From NCBI RefSeq assembly GCF_006345805.1, contig NW_021827912.1, positions 1 through 9,359 on the forward strand: a stretch of 9,359 nt of DNA. The letters run 5' to 3'. The position numbers were made by a program, and so were the translations under genes. The notes under the pieces are model-generated. The model saw only the letters and a program-made list of their open reading frames with translations. It was not told the DNA's origin and did no database searches. Every line of letters begins with the position of its first letter. Within the stretch, counting starts at the first letter, position 1. Of the stretch, positions 7,621 through 9,359 are shown in pieces. This DNA is from Octopus sinensis. Its lineage: Eukaryota.

Positions 7621-8343
7621 TGGTGGCTGTGTTTGTTTTATTGTTGTGTTTGTTATCTTTCTTTTTTTCCTTTTTTTCACATAAATTAACTTGTGGCATC
7701 GACATATCATCCGATGTGCTGGTTCCAAGTTCCACTCTGATGATCTTCATTTCCGTCTCTCGGTGATCGCTATAACAATTGCCATAAAGTTACACGACGT
7801 CGATAAGATATGGTTTTTTAAATTGTGAAGAAACGGTGTACCTAGCAGGTACTGTATCTTGAAGCACACCTCCTACTTAGCTACGTATTCTACAACCGAT
7901 TAAAGACGAATAGAAACAACTAAAATACAAAATGAGGTTAAAACCTTTCAAGCCAAATAATGCTGTAACACTGGAGCACTTGTATACCAAATGGAAGTTT
8001 TTTTTGTCCACCAGCTAAAGTGGATCAATTGATAGTAGACGTTATATAGGTATATTAGAGGGCACGTTCAATAAACGCTGCACAAACGGCATTACCTTCT
8101 TGAAACATATTGACAAGATAAATTGCACAGTTTTGACTAATTCCAACCTTCGATGAAAGAAGATACTAAGAATGGAATAAAAAGGGAAATATCAGAAAGG
8201 AACTGGCCATATTTAAACACATGGCAATAAATTTGCTTTCATAGATAAACGATATTGTAATGGTGAATATTATAGAATCCCGAAAGTGTTTAAATACCAG
8301 ATCAGAATTTCCCCAAAGGTGACATCACATTGACAATATCTAT

Positions 8344-9150
8344 ATCAAGAGTACCAGAGAAAAGGTACGGAAAATGCTTCGTCGTTCAGTCAGAAAATTG
8401 GCTGCAATGGCAAAAATAAGCCGAACATCGATGTATCGCGTGCTGAAGAATCTCAGGATCCACTCCTATAAGATGATCTGCAAGTTTGTAAGGCCATAAG
8501 ACTGGAGAGAAATCGTCTTATTCTGCATCAGATTGCTGAAGGCACGTTGCCTAACTTGATGTCCACTGACGAAAAGAAATTTGACATCGAACAGACAGTA
8601 AACCACCAGAATGACCGACTTTGAAGGATATCTGGTTCCATCGAGAGCAGTCTCATAAGTCAACATCAAAATCCGCAGTCAATCATGCTTTGGGCGACTG
8701 TGACAGCCACTGGAAGATCACCCCTAGTTTTTGTGCCCTTCGCTGTTAAAATTAGCATCCAGCGATACATTACCAATATTCTGGAAGCAGAACTGCTTCC
8801 TTGGGAGAATGAGAACTTTCAAAATGCACCTTGGATCCTCCAGCAGGACTCAGAATCATCCCACATCTCCAAACAGATACAAAACTGGATTCAGAAAAAA
8901 ACATTCCGTCGTTTATAGGCAAGGATGTATGGCCCTCAAGAAGCACCAATCTCAATCCGTTGAATTTTTTGGTAGGTCCATTTTGGAGACGAGGGTCTAG
9001 AGCACTCTCCATGCTTCGCTCAACTCTCTGAAAGCAAATCTGCGCCAGGAATAGGCTTCGATTGCGCAAGAACAGCTGCGTCTAACGTGTGAAGCATTCG
9101 AACCTAGACTTGAGGCTGTGGTTCGAAACAGATTTAGTCATATCGATTAA
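8344..9150 (+). pseudogene. Decayed Tc1/mariner-superfamily transposase, DD37D (maT-type)
   Basis: Stitched translation: HTH RRSVRKLAAMAKISRTSMYRVLK; STDEKKF (D at 8568-70); IMLWATVTATGRSPLVFV; ILQQDSESSH (D at 8847-49); WPSRSTNLNPLNF (third D is now N, 8963-65); C-terminus ends at TAA 9148-50. Stops at 8622, 8998 and 9052; frameshifts near 8490, 8895-8901 and 8975. No TIR pair found. Confidence 0.88.
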
Positions 9151-9230
9151 ATGTAGTAGTGTCACATTTGTATTTCCTTTACCATTGCATTGCAACGCTC
9201 GGACCCGAAATATAACAATATTTTGTTTTC

Positions 9231-9253
9231 CACCACCACAACCACCACCACCG
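9231..9253. repeat. (CCA)n microsatellite
   Basis: Direct reading. Confidence 0.85.
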
Positions 9254-9289
9254 CAACACTTTCACGATAATCACTAATTCTACACAACA

Positions 9290-9359
9290 GGCGCCGGCAT
9301 GGCTGAGTGGGAAGAAGCTTGCTTCCCAACCACATCGTTCCGGGTTCAGTTCCACTGCG
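9290..9359 (+). mobile_element. 5' head of a second family-A SINE, truncated by the window end
   Basis: A box TGGCTGAGTGG (9300-9310) and B box GGTTCAGTTCC (9343-9353); collinear with 1517-1584. Confidence 0.88.

Noticed and set aside
7945-7990. Minus-strand gtgctccagtgttacagc as another SINE tail remnant
   Set aside because: Only about 9 nt match exactly and the diagnostic hairpin is absent.
8056-8090. tagagggcacgttcaataaa as the left TIR of the DD37D element
   Set aside because: Mariner-like in appearance, but no reverse-complement partner was found after 9150 in the window.
8770-9069. Minus-strand ORFs 8770-9069 and 8466-8669
   Set aside because: Antisense shadows of the decayed transposase; no independent motifs.

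Overview
AT-rich eukaryotic intergenic or intronic DNA with no intact host gene or intact transposase. The SINE sequences and very dense (TA)n/(GATA)n/(TG)n microsatellites suggest an octopus (coleoid cephalopod); this is recall-based inference. Main contents: (1) a composite tRNA-derived SINE at 1517-1950, a second copy cut by the window end (9290-9359) and an isolated 3' tail (311-358); (2) two short Penelope-like terminal fragments, each with a minimal type I hammerhead ribozyme motif carrying the same variant core CCGACGA (about 2012-2048 and 2196-2230); (3) a nested stack at 2523-3275, in which a 61-bp inverted-repeat (MITE-like) element holds three copies of a second SINE family, one inserted antisense into another with a perfect 19-bp TSD; (4) an internally deleted IR/DR-type Tc1 transposon (4188-5237) with TA TSDs; (5) a decayed DD37D (maT-type) transposase (8344-9150); (6) a candidate host exon on the minus strand ending at a CAG|GTATGT donor (7224). 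Most ORFs in the supplied track are microsatellite or TIR artefacts. I see unusual, checkable repeat architecture but no clear evidence of a new biological system.
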